Counted from the stretch's first letter, positions 22,101 to 36,080 are shown. The stretch: 44,267 nucleotides of DNA from Octopus bimaculoides (GCF_001194135.2 NC_068981.1:60538446-60582712); one strand, 5' to 3'. Program-made: numbers and translations. The notes: generated by a model not told the origin, from the sequence alone.

Positions 22101-23607
22101 TATACACACAGGCACGCACACACACACACACATATATATATTTATATATATAGATATGTATATATGTATANNNNNNNNNNNNNNNNNNNNNNNNNNNNNN
22201 NNNNNNNNNNNNNNNNNNNNNNNNNNNNNNNNNNNNNNNNNNNNNNNNNNNNNNNNNNNNNNNNNNNNNNNNNNNNNNNNNNNNNNNNNNNNNNNNNNNN
22301 NNNNNNNNNNNNNNNNNNNNNNNNNNNNNNNNNNNNNNNNNNNNNNNNNNNNNNNNNNNNNNNNNNNNNNNNNNNNNNNNNNNNNNNNNNNNNNNNNNNN
22401 NNNNNNNNNNNNNNNNNNNNNNNNNNNNNNNNNNNNNNNNNNNNNNNNNNNNNNNNNNNNNNNNNNNNNNNNNNNNNNNNNNNNNNNNNNNNNNNNNNNN
22501 NNNNNNNNNNNNNNNNNNNNNNNNNNNNNNNNNNNNNNNNNNNNNNNNNNNNNNNNNNNNNNNNNNNNNNNNNNNNNNNNNNNNNNNNNNNNNNNNNNNN
22601 NNNNNNNNNNNNNNNNNNNNNNNNNNNNNNNNNNNNNNNNNNNNNNNNNNNNNNNNNNNNNNNNNNNNNNNNNNNNNNNNNNNNNNNNNNNNNNNNNNNN
22701 NNNNNNNNNNNNNNNNNNNNNNNNNNNNNNNNNNNNNNNNNNNNNNNNNNNNNNNNNNNNNNNNNNNNNNNNNNNNNNNNNNNNNNNNNNNNNNNNNNNN
22801 NNNNNNNNNNNNNNNNNNNNNNNNNNNNNNNNNNNNNNNNNNNNNNNNNNNNNNNNNNNNNNNNNNNNNNNNNNNNNNNNNNNNNNNNNNNNNNNNNNNN
22901 NNNNNNNNNNNNNNNNNNNNNNNNNNNNNNNNNNNNNNNNNNNNNNNNNNNNNNNNNNNNNNNNNNNNNNNNNNNNNNNNNNNNNNNNNNNNNNNNNNNN
23001 NNNNNNNNNNNNNNNNNNNNNNNNNNNNNNNNNNNNNNNNNNNNNNNNNNNNNNNNNNNNNNNNNNNNNNNNNNNNNNNNNNNNNNNNNNNNNNNNNNNN
23101 NNNNNNNNNNNNNNNNNNNNNNNNNNNNNNNNNNNNNNNNNNNNNNNNCTAACATCCAGTTCATTTATAGGCTAATTACATTTCAATAAAAGACTATAAC
23201 GTGCCCTGTAGTGGGGTTGGGCTGATTATATCTTAAAATAAGAAAGGCGCAAAGAGTAGTAATGCAAAGCAATATGGTAACAGAGTGATGGTCACTGATA
23301 TCATATAAGGGCAATCATTGTTGTCTAAGCGACAAATATGTATTGGCAATGGGATATAACTTTAATACAGCTGTCATATACACGTGACACTGCAGACATA
23401 CTTTCGTAAATACATAGATACATGCGTACACACACGCACACATGCACATAAGTAACTTTTAAAACGTCTGGGAGGAGAATAAGGTGGGTGTGAGGAATAC
23501 GTAGATTTAAGGAGAGAGGGGGTAGGTAGCTTTTCTGCTGTCCATCGCAAAGAAACACTCGCACACAGACACACATAAAATACACACACACACACACACA
23601 CGCACAA

Positions 23608-23638
<31 letters not shown>

Positions 23639-23639
23639 A

Positions 23640-23673
<34 letters not shown>

Positions 23674-24650
23674 ATATATACGTACATATGTCTTCTATAC
23701 ACCATTTAAAACTCGTGATTACCTGTGTGTACGTTTCTAAATGTGTGTGTCTGTGTGTTTGTGTGTGTCAGTGTGTGTGTTTTGTCACGTCCTATAACTG
23801 TCAGTCGCTCTGCCAGTCTTCCCTGTTACTGTCACATATTTGGTATTNNNNNNNNNNNNNNNNNNNNNNNNNNNNNNNNNNNNNNNNNNNNNNNNNNNNN
23901 NNNNNNNNNNNNNNNNNNNNNNNNNNNNNNNNNNNNNNNNNNNNNNNNNNNNNNNNNNNNNNNNNNNNNNNNNNNNNNNNNNNNNNNNNNNNNNNNNNNN
24001 NNNNNNNNNNNNNNNNNNNNNNNNNNNNNNNNNNNNNNNNNNNNNNNNNNNNNNNNNNNNNNNNNNNNNNNNNNNNNNNNNNNNNNNNNNNNNNNNNNNN
24101 NNNNNNNNNNNNNNNNNNNNNNNNNNNNNNNNNNNNNNNNNNNNNNNNNNNNNNNNNNNNNNNNNNNNNNNNNNNNNNNNNNNNNNNNNNNNNNNNNNNN
24201 NNNNNNNNNNNNNNNNNNNNNNNNNNNNNNNNNNNNNNNNNNNNNNNNNNNNNNNNNNNNNNNNNNNNNNNNNNNNNNNNNNNNNNNNNNNNNNNNNNNN
24301 NNNNNNNNNNNNNNNNNNNNNNNNNNNNNNNNNNNNNNNNNNNNNNNNNNNNNNNNNNNNNNNNNNNNNNNNNNNNNNNNNNNNNNNNNNNNNNNNNNNN
24401 NNNNNNNNNNNNNNNNNNNNNNNNNNNNNNNNNNNNNNNNNNNNNNNNNNNNNNNNNNNNNNNNNNNNNNNNNNNNNNNNNNNNNNNNNNNNNNNNNNNN
24501 NNNNNNNNNNNNNNNNNNNNNNNNNNNNNNNNNNNNNNNNNNNNNNNNNNNNNNNNNNNNNNNNNNNNNNNNNNNNNNNNNNNNNNNNNNNNNNNNNNNN
24601 NNNNNNNNNNNNNNNNNNNNNNNNNNNNNNNNNNNNNNNNNNNNNNNNNC

Positions 24651-24909
24651 ACTTTACTTAGTTTTAATATAATTTTTAATATATCGACCGGTTTCATTTT
24701 CGCCATTCATGATATTATTGTTTACTTATCTAAATATGGATTTTCTTAAGAAGAAATTTTTGTCCATTTGTCTATGTTGTGTGTGATGATATTTACGAGC
24801 GAATGGATTCACAAGAAATTACATATTCAAATACGTAAACCATAATATCATGAATAGCGAAAGGGAAACCGGTTGATATATTAAAAATTATATTAAAACT
24901 CTGTAAAGT
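24651..24909. mobile_element. Fold-back / MITE-like palindrome (left arm runs into gap)
   Basis: gttttaatataatttttaatatatcgaccggtttcattttcgccattcatgatattattgtttac (24661-24725) is the near-perfect reverse complement of 24835-24899. Looser pairing extends out to 24651/24909 and in to ~24747/24813. Confidence 0.75.
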
Positions 24910-24934
24910 GTGTGTATTTTCCTTTTTAAATGTC

Positions 24935-24996
<62 letters not shown>

Positions 24997-26688
24997 CTCT
25001 CTGTGTGTGTATAGATAAGTGCATACACATGATTAATTCTTCACGTATTCTAAGTATCTGAAGGTATATGGAACCCCCTCGTAGCTCCAATAATTCACAG
25101 ATTCACTCAGAGCCGCATGGTCCGATTTATGAGTGAATTAACATGTCATGAAGTTATCTCCGGATGAATGTTATGAACAGACATCCACTATGGACTCATT
25201 GTAGACGAAGCTCCTTAACTCTTTAGCTGCTGATCTAAGAATAGTTAACTCCATAGAAATCTTGCATCCTGAAAACTACTCGATACGTAATACTCTTTTC
25301 ACCAGACACCAAGGCCAATAAAATAATATTCATTGTACAGGTTGTTATGAAGCCATTACACTAAAACAAAGACGATCGCCCTTTCTTTATTAATCCAGTA
25401 TCGATAGGAAAAGTGGCTGAGGCAACGGAGATAGGAGGAGCACGCTCTTGGAATTCTGCTGTTTTGACATTCCACAAAGGCTACTATTGAGGAATAGTTA
25501 TTTTCAACAGATTTCGGGAAGTTATGTATTTAGTAATCCTACTAAATAAACGACAAATTATTAAATTAAGATTGTGCGGATGTGTCTTACTGATTCCTCA
25601 TTCATTGAAGCGATAGCAGAGTCTCCATACTGATATGTGCATAGACATGTGAACATATATGTATGTTTATCTATATGTATATACACTTATTAATATGTGC
25701 ATAGAAATATATGTGAATGCTTGCGTATATAGGAAATTAGGGATATATACGTGTGTACATCTCCCTACACACACGCGCGGGCGCACTCACTATCATATGC
25801 CTATGAACATATTTAGTTTGTGTGTGTGTGCCTGTGTGTATGTGTGCGTGTTTGTGTGTATGCGTGTGTGAGTGTTTGCTTTATATACTAAAATGTTATG
25901 TCGAACTAAAAATAATCTTGTGATATTTTGCTTCGTCTCAGTTACATCCGTTGATGTTCCGTCAACCTTGTCTTCAAAACTCCTACGATATCGACATAAA
26001 ATTACCTGATAGCGTACTGAGATCAATAAAATAGAATGAAGCTTTTGAAAGCGGGCCACTTCATAGCCACAGACTAAATACCGAAACCAGTGAAAGCTAA
26101 AAATCTAAACAAAAGTACAGAAAAATGTCTTACTAGAAATATATTACAAATTTGAATAGTTAGTCTTGCGTTTCACCATTATCACATATGAAGCTTTATG
26201 TGTACAATAAAACATGTTATATCTGAAATCTAATACTTAAAAATATTTTAATAACAGCTTCATTATCTGGCAGTACACATAACATAAAGCATACACACGC
26301 ACAAACCATAAAATCTTACGGAAATAGCATGGAAGCAATATGCAAATCGATGAAATATATACTGAAAATATTAAACACTAATTAACTGCCATCAAATATA
26401 TAACATGATGTGACATTCCGAAGAGAGTGTCAAAACACAACACATGTTTATCGAAAACCTATACCCATGGATATCCATCAAAATTACGAGCTCCAGCTTC
26501 CTTTCAGTGTCATGAAAGATATCGCAAGATACCTAGAGAATGAGAATACAACTATCTGCTTTATTAATAGTGTCCATAAGCTAGAAATATTTAATCCTGA
26601 ATGTGCATTACATAGCACACTCATCCTATCTCTTTCTCAACTTTCTCCCTCTCACACATAACATACATGATACCTGTAACCACTCAAA

Positions 26689-26694
<6 letters not shown>

Positions 26695-26773
<79 letters not shown>
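26695..26773. repeat. (GA)n microsatellite
   Basis: Directly visible. Confidence 0.95.
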
Positions 26774-27932
26774 CAGAATAACTTAGAAATTAAGTAGAAT
26801 AGATAGTAAATCCTCCTTATCGTAAAAGTCTATCTAAGAAGATATAGCTTATCTGTAATCAATATAAATCAAGAACAGTGTTTTAGAGTAATACTACAGT
26901 CTGCGGACGTCTCACTAGAATTAAGGGATGAATTCAACAATTGCATTCATAACAACTCATTCACTTGTGATAGTATTTACAAAACAGACAGGACGCCGTT
27001 TAAGATAAGAATCACATGAAAACGTTAAGCTCCAATTAGAGATGAAACATAATCAGGAATAAGATAACATGTACCATGTAAAAATGCAAATCAAGCTATA
27101 TAGAGCGACAAAATTATTTTAATGTTAGAAATATTACTGTAGTTTTTCCTTTCTTGGAATTATTTCCCCTTTACTTTGAGAGACGTGAGCAATTAATGAT
27201 TCCCATCTTTCATACCAAGAGGCCAACTTCATTTGATTGAGACTTTTCGCTTTCGACGTCCCTTATCTGATTAATTTAAATACCTGCTATTAACCGACTT
27301 TTGTTATTTCAGCTACCTCATTATGCAAATTACTACTGGTCAAAAGTCTACATAACACTTTGTCTTCACGTAAAAGATCTGTCGATTTTTCTAGCGTATT
27401 TTAGATTAACGAGGCGCAGTAATGTCGTAGATAACCTTTTGCCTACCAAAAAAATGTTCTATAAGCATGTATATAGATTTTGTTAAATTGGAATACTGCT
27501 AGCAATTAAACTAGGATTTTGTTCTCTTTTTGTAACTAAATAGGATATTGAAATTAACAGAGAACTTTTCGCCTTTTCTTTCTGTACATTATTGCTTACC
27601 TGTATTAATTGCTGTTTGACAGAGCTTTATTTAGTAATTTATTATAACAGCTTTCCGGCTTTCTTTTAAAGTTGTTCTTTAGCTCCAATGTGACTTAAAT
27701 AAGCAAATCTATGAATAAAAGTAATTCATCCATGACTGTCTTGTGATTTCATCAGACGTAACATACTTAGGTCTGCATTATTCAGTGTGTTTTTACATTT
27801 ATTATTCTTAATTTATCGCAAAGAGGATGGGAACGACCGTTGAAAATTTGGCTTATATTTCTATTGGGTTGGCAACTAAGTTCCTGTGGTTTTTTTTAAT
27901 TAAACATTTTTAAAAGGTTTAATAAAAACTAA

Positions 27933-29026
27933 TTAATCAATAATGTATTCACCCTTGTTATTTACAACTTATTCTCAGCGTTCAACAAGATTTTTAATAC
28001 CTCGTTGGTAGAAATCACCCGATTTCGACTCGAAAAATTGATCCAACCAAGCTCTCAATTCTGCATCAGCATTGAAGAAACTCCACGCGTAGCATTTGAA
28101 AGAGATCGAAAGAAGTGGAAATTCGTTGGTGCCAAATCAGGACAGTACAGAAGGTGTGTTAGAACTTCGCAGCCATACGTTTGAATGGCTTCCTTGGTCA
28201 TATTGGCGATATGAGGGCGGGCGTTGTCGTGCAGGAGTTAACTCTATGCTGCCGATTAGGTCTTTTCTCTTGAATAGCCGTGTTGAGTCATTCCATCTGT
28301 TGAACATAGAGTTCCACGTTGACCGATTGGTTCCGTTGAAGCAATTCGTAATGGATAATCACGTCCCAGTCCCACCGTAAGCAGAACATCGTTTTACGCG
28401 GATGCAGATCTTGTTTCACGCGTAGTGTTGCTTGTTTACCGGGGCTAAGCCATTCCTTACGATGCTTCATATTGATGTATAGGCACCATTTTTCGTCACC
28501 AATAACGATTCGGAAAAGAAACCGTTGCATGTGTCAATGAGTTGAGCGATGACGAGCAAGCAAACCAGCGGAGATTGTGGCTCGTTGATTTTGTTGTTAC
28601 CACGTAAAGCATGCGGAACCCATGCTCCATACTTCTGAACCTTTCCCATCGAGTTAAATGCTTCTCCATAGCAGTGTCGGAGCATTCCATTTTCTTTGCC
28701 AGTTCCCTTGTCGTTTGACGAGAATTTTCGTGCAAAGGTTGGTTTAATCGCTCTTCATCGAACTCAAGTGGACGGCCAGAACAAGGTGCGTCTTTGAAGT
28801 AAAAAAATTTCCATTTTTAAACTTGGCATACCAATCATGAGCGGTTCTTTCAGCTATGGCACCCTATCCATACACAGCACAAATGTCGCGAGCAGTTTTT
28901 GCTGCCTTAGAAACTTGATTAAAAGCAAAAAGAGGCAGTGTCGAAAATGCTCATTTTTTAAAACTTGATTAAAAGCAAAAAGAGGTAGTGTCGAAAATGC
29001 TCATTTTTTAAAACTTGACATTCCAT
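27933..29026 (-). pseudogene. Mariner D,D34D transposase pseudogene
   Basis: ATG at 29026 gives MECQVLKNEHFRH. Then HENSRQTTRELAKKMECS (HTH), GAWVPHAL, RIVIGDEKWCLYINMKHRKEWLSPGKQ, LLHDNARPH, YCPDLAPTN (third D changed to N), and VVNNKGEYIID* at 27933. Several stops and frameshifts. Confidence 0.95.
28911..29018. repeat. 50-bp tandem duplication at the transposase 5' end
   Basis: Unit aaacttgattaaaagcaaaaagaggcagtgtcgaaaatgctcatttttta at 28911-28960 and 28961-29010, with one mismatch. Confidence 0.9.
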
Positions 29027-32000
29027 TTTAATGATCAGAAAATAAACAAAAAAAAACCATTTTATGTGCTCTAGACTTGTGCCCAGGTATTTATTCTAGG
29101 ATTGTGTTGATATATGTATTCTATGCTCATACTGTAGGGATGTATAGAGCTATATAGTCTGAGCTTCTTTGGAGACGATTATGATCTAGGTTTATATTAA
29201 CTTACACAATTTTCGGTTCTGTTGAGTTACGTCTTCTTGGTTTGCGTTGAAACATGTTCTTTAGATTGTACATTGTGAGGCGATAATCGTATTATTTATT
29301 TTACAGGCATTTCCAATAGTGTTTTCATGTATTGTTTCTACGCTATTTGTTATTTTATGGTGTTGGGCCATGACTTATTCTGTTGACAGAGGACTGTGAA
29401 GTCAATAGTATTCACGGTGCTGCACTAAGACTAATGTTATCAATATATTACTGATTGCTATGTTGCTTTTGCATATTACAAAAAATGTTGTGTAAATAGT
29501 GATTGCATCGGACTTATATCGAATCTCATGCTGCTCTGTTATGTGGATATGCAGCTAAGTATTGCATTTTGTAGTTTCCACTTTCGTTCGAATATTGATT
29601 CGTTCTAACCGTGCCGCTATGAATTATTTAGTTATTATTTGAACTCAATCATAATCTTCCAAATGACGTCAGTTATAGTGATAATGTTGATGACTTTGAT
29701 TGGAATAATAATGAGTAGTTGGAAGCAGAGGAATAAGAAGACAAGTACGATGCTGGTAACTATGACGATGATGCAATTACAACAAAGTTATTTTTGATAA
29801 CTAACGAGAATTTATGATACATAGAAGGAGTGTGGCAAGAAAAAATTTAGTAACGGCAGTTGAGAATGTAATTATTTGAAAAATCGTGCTGGAAGAGGAT
29901 AAAAATCACGAGAAAATATTGCCTACAATATATAAAAGAATAGAGAAGAAATATTCTTTTCAATTGCGTTGTACAAGTTTATAACAAAGCATGAAATAAA
30001 GATAAAAAAAAAATTCTGCGAAAATGCTCTAAGATAAATTGAGATTACAAATTTAGTAAATACCGTCGAAATTAATCCATGAAGGAAGGCGGTGAAATAT
30101 TTTATCTTTGAAGTTTGAACATTAGAAATCAAACAAAACCAAAAAAAAAAAAAAATCGTTGCGGTTTTCAGTTTCAAAGTTAGATTTTCCAGCCTAATTT
30201 GAGACTATTAATTTTGGCACAATACATATCTCTATAGTCTATTGTCTATTATAGTTGTGAGGGAAATGACTTGATGACATCCTCCTTACTCTTAAATTAA
30301 AGGTGACATCTCTAACTCATTTCTGAGTTCAAACCGAATAGAATGTCTAAACGAAAATAAGAGGAATGGCAAATGCGTGAGATTTGCACCACAGATACAT
30401 GTTTCAGTAACGGATTATGAACGACTTATACTTTAAGAATGTGAGCTTACGAGAAAAGCTCAATGTAACAACTCGATGTTTTCAAAACGGTTACGAAATT
30501 TCCCACCATGACGTTTTAAATAATAATATAACGATAAATTGCAGACTGTGGTATTGATCTTACCAGTAGGAACTCTTTTAATTATACATCTGATCGATCA
30601 CCTTGAGTTTGAGCAACACCAACTGATTTATTAAAAATATGGAACGGCTATTAATAGTGCACTTTACTACATAACACATTAGTAAACTTTACACAAAATA
30701 GGTGCACAATCTTTACTTTAAACTTGACCTATTCTGCACATTACTCTTATTAATTCCACTATCTCCATAAATAACTTGTAACTTTCTGTGGATGTCAGAG
30801 AGCCACTAATTCATCTTCACTTTGATATTGTGTTTTTCGCAAAGTATATGACTAAATGCAGATCATTATAAAATTGAGAACTCCCTCGTTTGAATTCTCG
30901 GGCTTTGCTTCCATTATGAATGGAAAGAATAACGAAACATTATGAGTCTGCCTAGAGGTAATTCAGTGTTTTTGCACCTGTTTTATGCTGTCTGAATCTC
31001 TGTCTTGTCATAATTTGAAAAGGTTAGTAAGTTCATCTTAGTCTATATGCTTGTTCGCGATATTAACGATATGACAGCGTGAAAAACTGGTATATTTGTC
31101 AACAATTAATCGTTGTTGTAATAGAATTCCATGCTACATAATATATCGCTTCACGCAACTGTAATTATATCATTTGTAAACGCCATCAAAGCTACTATAA
31201 TACTGTGTAACGTACGCGGTCAGGAATGACGTGTCCTATAAAATCTGCTCAAATCAGGATAATCCAATCTCGACCAACTGTTGCATGTTTCATAAACTAC
31301 CACTCGGACACTTATGATTATTGTATGTTCTATGTTTATAAGAAATGAAGATATAAAACAAGAATACAAGGCATATTAACATAGGATTTGGGGGAAGAAG
31401 GAATAATATTTATAGCATTTTGGTTTTGAGGAAAAAATAAATTTCTTACAAATGTCACTACCTTATAAATACTAAATCAGCTAAGCAAACGACCTTCTCT
31501 AAACAAATTAAAGACTCTATAACATATTCAGGACGCTGTTTCAGAAAATTATCACCGATCTCTTTGAGCATATAATTGAAAAATTTAGCAGGGGAAAAAT
31601 GAGTAAGACGAGATAAGGTAAATTTGCTTCTTCAGTTCTCCAGAATTAAATCTGAAAACAGACCCAGACACATCAGTATCCCTCCTTATACATCAGAAAG
31701 ATCAGAAATGCAACAAAACTTTAAAATATCTGGGTCAAATGAAAGATAATCATGGAAAAGTGGCACAAAATATGAAATTATCGTAACTTGACTAAATTTA
31801 AAAGCTTAACGTAAAACATTCTCTATAACTGCTTCAAGATGTGCGGGAGTGGTTCTCTTCCTGATATATTTTACGCACCATGTTGTTAAAGAAACTATAT
31901 TATAGAAATGACTCATCTTGACTCAGTTTAGACATCACATTTTGAAAACTGAAAATTAACAAATTAAACAATAGTGTTGGAGAAAAATTGACTTGGAATC

Positions 32001-32570
32001 CAAGAGAGAATAGAATATCAATTTTTAAATACAAAAATTATCCAAATATTTTATTAGCTACCTCAATTACAATCAGATCAACGTAGAGGAAAATTTCTTT
32101 AAAAAAAGTAACTGTCACATGACTATGTTTCAAACTCTTTCAATTTCATCAACAACTACACAGCCCAATTTTACTCTCAAATATGATGTAATAGTAAAAA
32201 ATAATGACGCAATACTTGCAACGTAGTGGGTTTGAACAGACAGGGAGAAAATAACGAAAAATCAGATGATACTACTTTTGACCCAGCCACCAATTTTGCT
32301 TCCCCACCATTCGTAGCGTCAAAAATCTCACCAACAGTCGAAACAGAGTGAGAAATAAAGCAATAATATTTCAACATTCATTGGAGGTGAATTTGATGCA
32401 GTCATCTTAGTACTAAACTGATGACATTCAAAACAACCCTCACTGAACCTTACACATAATATTAAACCAAATACCAAAACTTCTTTAACGCCATGTATCT
32501 ATTACGACAGAATCTTTTTACCACGTCTCTTCTGATCTTTTGAACATGATGACCGTGTGTACGCTATGAC

Positions 32571-32640
32571 GATGATGATGATGATGATGATGATGATCAT
32601 CATCATCATCATCTTCATCATCATCATCATCATCATCATC
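32571..32640. repeat. Head-to-head (GAT)n/(CAT)n palindromic microsatellite
   Basis: The repeat switches orientation at GATC (32595-32598). Confidence 0.9.
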
Positions 32641-33740
32641 ACAAATACGGATCAATAAACAAAATAAAATGCACTTTGAGAAATGTAAAAGATTCTGACC
32701 GGGACAATTTACATAAAGAGAGAGAATATCAATTTGCTAAATTTAATAGCAGCTCAGTTTAAAAATTGATACTGCAAAAACAAATAAATAAATAAATAAA
32801 TGATTAGATAACTAAATAAATGATTAAATGAATAAAGTAGATCTAAAATGGCATAACCTGAGGAAGTATTGTATAACCAAATTTCAGTACTGAAACGGTC
32901 AATATAATAAAAGGAAAAACAACCTCAAACCAACACAATTGCCAGAAATGAAATTGAGCATTAAGTAGTAAATCAAAGACTTTACTTAAAAAAGTGAAAA
33001 CTGACGTGTATTTGCAAGCAATTAAAATCACAAACAAGTAGCATGATATTAAATAAAATGATTAGTAGGGTAACTACACTTGAAACGACCCATAACACAA
33101 GGGCAAACAAATAGATCAAATATTTTAAAAAAGAAGACCCCTTTTCAAATAATCAAGGCCTCGATACCTTTATCCTGTCAAATAACAGGAAAAGATATAA
33201 CGAAATTATAATGCAAAACATAAACCGCCATACTCCACAAAATTACAAACACATTAAAGCTTCTAATAATGAATATCGTGCACATTAGCATCCTTAACTA
33301 TGGCTATCAATACTGAAAAGTTCTTGAAGTTTGAAAATTATCATAATACTATGACTTAATTCTAACACAAAACTGAAGCAGCATCTGACAGATGTGTCGT
33401 CTCCTATGCGTATTTATCAAGATTTTATTGAGAAATACTCACCCTTAACATCCTCAAAACACACATTCCTTCTTCCAACTAGCAACACGAATTCAGACAT
33501 TAATATTTGAAATATGATACACAAGTACAATATGTTGGAATTAACTTAACTCTGTTCACAACGTTCATTTTAGCCCTATTCCTTACTAAGAAACTAAAAT
33601 GAACATAATACTTCAAGATCTTATTAAGAAGTAACGTCCATTAATGTCTATCGAACCCATTTTTTATGTTACTACTCATATGTCAAGTACAGTGTTCACT
33701 ATATTTAAAACAACTATTTGAGTTTTCAACAATTCTCTTT

Positions 33741-33800
33741 AATAGTGCGTTTATACATTTACAAATGCCAAATAGTGCGTTTATACATCTACAAATGCGA
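33741..33800. repeat. 30-bp tandem duplication
   Basis: aatagtgcgtttatacatttacaaatgcca followed by aatagtgcgtttatacatctacaaatgcga. Confidence 0.9.
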
Positions 33801-35916
33801 CTTTGAGTCACATCTTCACATTATACCCACATAACACCTATTCTTATCTTAATGTAACCCTTGGCCAGTATACAGTCTCCTTTCTTACATGTATTCAACA
33901 TCATAGAAGTATCGTAAGCTAATAAGAAAATCACTACAATGTTAGACATGCTAGGCTTATGTTTCTCAGCTCTACTCTAGTACCTAGGAACATGCAGTAG
34001 TAGATGCAGTGAACATACCTAAACACCAGCGGCAACATCATGCACACAATGAGACGAGTGCATCTACGTTATCACGAATTCTAGTAGAAACAGTTGCAAA
34101 GACATCCTTAAACCACTATTGGTTGATTAAAAGAAAACACATAAATAATGTAGTTTAGATATACTGTCTAAAACCAAGACAGGATGGTCTCAGATTTAAC
34201 GCTTTTGACGCTCTGTTGACCCGGGGCAAAACGAAAACAACAGCAATATCATGAACACATCACTACACACAAAAAAGACTTCTATTAGGAATAACGTATA
34301 TTATTCTCCGATGCTGTTAACGCACGCATATTGAATGCACAATAGACAAAAGAAAACAGCACAGAAACACATTCAAAGAATTGAGCTAATAAGTTTGAAA
34401 CAAACAGCATATTAATCACAAAATACATTCATTATGCTATAATGCCGGTTCAGCATAGCTACCCTAATATAATAAATCTAACAAACTACAAAAAAACATA
34501 AGTAAATAGATAAAATAGTGACGTCACGTCATTCAATGTTTACACTAACCAAGTCACACACTGAAGCAAACATATTCGAAAAGCAACGCACTTGGAGGCG
34601 CAAAAACACAGCACGTTGCCGAAAAGCTTTGACTTGTATTGCATCTATATCAACCCACTGGACACCTGAAACAACGTACAGTAACATCTTAATCATATTT
34701 CTGTCACACTGGCTAAATAATAATTGAATGCATATTCACAGAAAAATATGTCTATCACTAACTACACGACACAAACATCCGATCACATACACAGAGAGAC
34801 ACACACATATGCACTCACACATACACACACAGACACGCACGCGCGTACGCACACAAAGATACACACAAAGACACGCACGCGCGTACACACACAAAGATAC
34901 ACACATATATAAAAACATACACACTCTTGTCGGAAACACATGACTAGAGACATATACAGTATCACAATAGTTGTTACCAAGAAACTTACTTCCTCTAAAA
35001 TAATACACAAATAGGCTAATACATTGGTCTGCCTATAAATTTTCGCTATGGCATCAAAGTTGTGGACAGAAATATTTAAATTGAATAATTTGGACTTTGG
35101 TAGAGTTATTGAAGAGATCGATAATAATATGAAGTGTTGTCTTTCATTGGTGACATTGAACACCGTTGGCTCAGCCACTTGTGGCTCTTACCACAATGCA
35201 TATCTCCAAAACTGAACCTATATTTTAAGAGGAAAATATACAGAACATTGTATGGTATACAAACTTTGTAGAAGCATTATCAGTATTATTTTAAATTTCA
35301 TTGGAGTTGAATAGAAGTTTGTAATACATCTTCCTTATATAGATTACTACATTAATAAGATATGGCATGAAAAAAAAATAGCTACAATGACTAGTATGCC
35401 GTATTACACGAAATGAAGCTAATATACACAGAAATAGAGAAATAATTTCAATTTAATTAACATCGAAATTAGTGTTCACGGGAGTTGTTTGATTGAACAA
35501 ATAGAATACTTCAAGTTCTGTTTCTTTACTTCTTTCGTTATTTATTTGGCCTCTTAATTTTAGATACACTACTTTCTTTCTATACGGATTCATTAAATTT
35601 TGTTTTCGCTATTTGTATTGCAATTCTCATTCTGTTCACCTTTAATTCCCGTATTTCCTCTGTTAGCTCTCTCATTTCCGTTCTTTATTTTTAAGCTTTC
35701 TATTTTCGTTTTCAACTATATTCTATGTATACTTTATTTCAACCATTAACTTCTCAATTTATTTTCCTGCCTTCGATACATGTTTTAAAACTGCCAACCT
35801 TCAGTGTACAAAATTAATTTTCATCCAAATTCTTAAATTAGAACAACTGAAAATTCCTCTTCCACTAAATATAGTATATCCCTCCTCAAAATGTCACACT
35901 CACACACACACACTCA

Positions 35917-36080
35917 TATATGATGGCTTTCCTTTAGTTTTCGTCTACCAACTCCTCTCACAAGGATTTGGTTTCCCCTAGATAATAGTATGAGACACTT
36001 GCCTAAGGTTTCACGCAAAGAGACTGAACCCGGAACCATATGGTTAGAAAGTAAACTTCCTACCATACTGCCACGCCTGT
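35917..36080 (-). mobile_element. tRNA-derived SINE 5' half (same family as 17400-17816)
   Basis: The minus strand reads caggcgtggcagtatggtaggaag...ggttccgggttcagtctc...ccttaggcaagtgtctc, containing A-box-like and B-box-like motifs. Confidence 0.75.

Larger units (their letters stand above)
27862..29050 (-). mobile_element. Mariner transposon, copy 2 (one TIR retained)
   Basis: TA at 27862-63 is followed by TIR ttgggttggcaactaagttcctgtgg. No reverse-complement TIR is visible after 29030. Confidence 0.9.

Noticed and set aside
27590-27710. Minus-strand acceptor/donor pair (cag|gtaagc at ~27598)
   Set aside because: All three frames contain stops. It could only be a non-coding exon and there is no support for that.
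29640-29820. Acidic coding-like stretch (ELNHNLPNDVSYSDNVDDFDW...) suggestive of a piggyBac N-terminus
   Set aside because: It contains in-frame stops, and no catalytic motifs or TTAA-bounded TIRs were found.
32177-32377. 66-aa minus ORF with a protein-like core (GEIFDATNGGEAKLVAGSKVV)
   Set aside because: A plus-strand frame is equally open, splice signals are ambiguous, and there is no recognisable homology.
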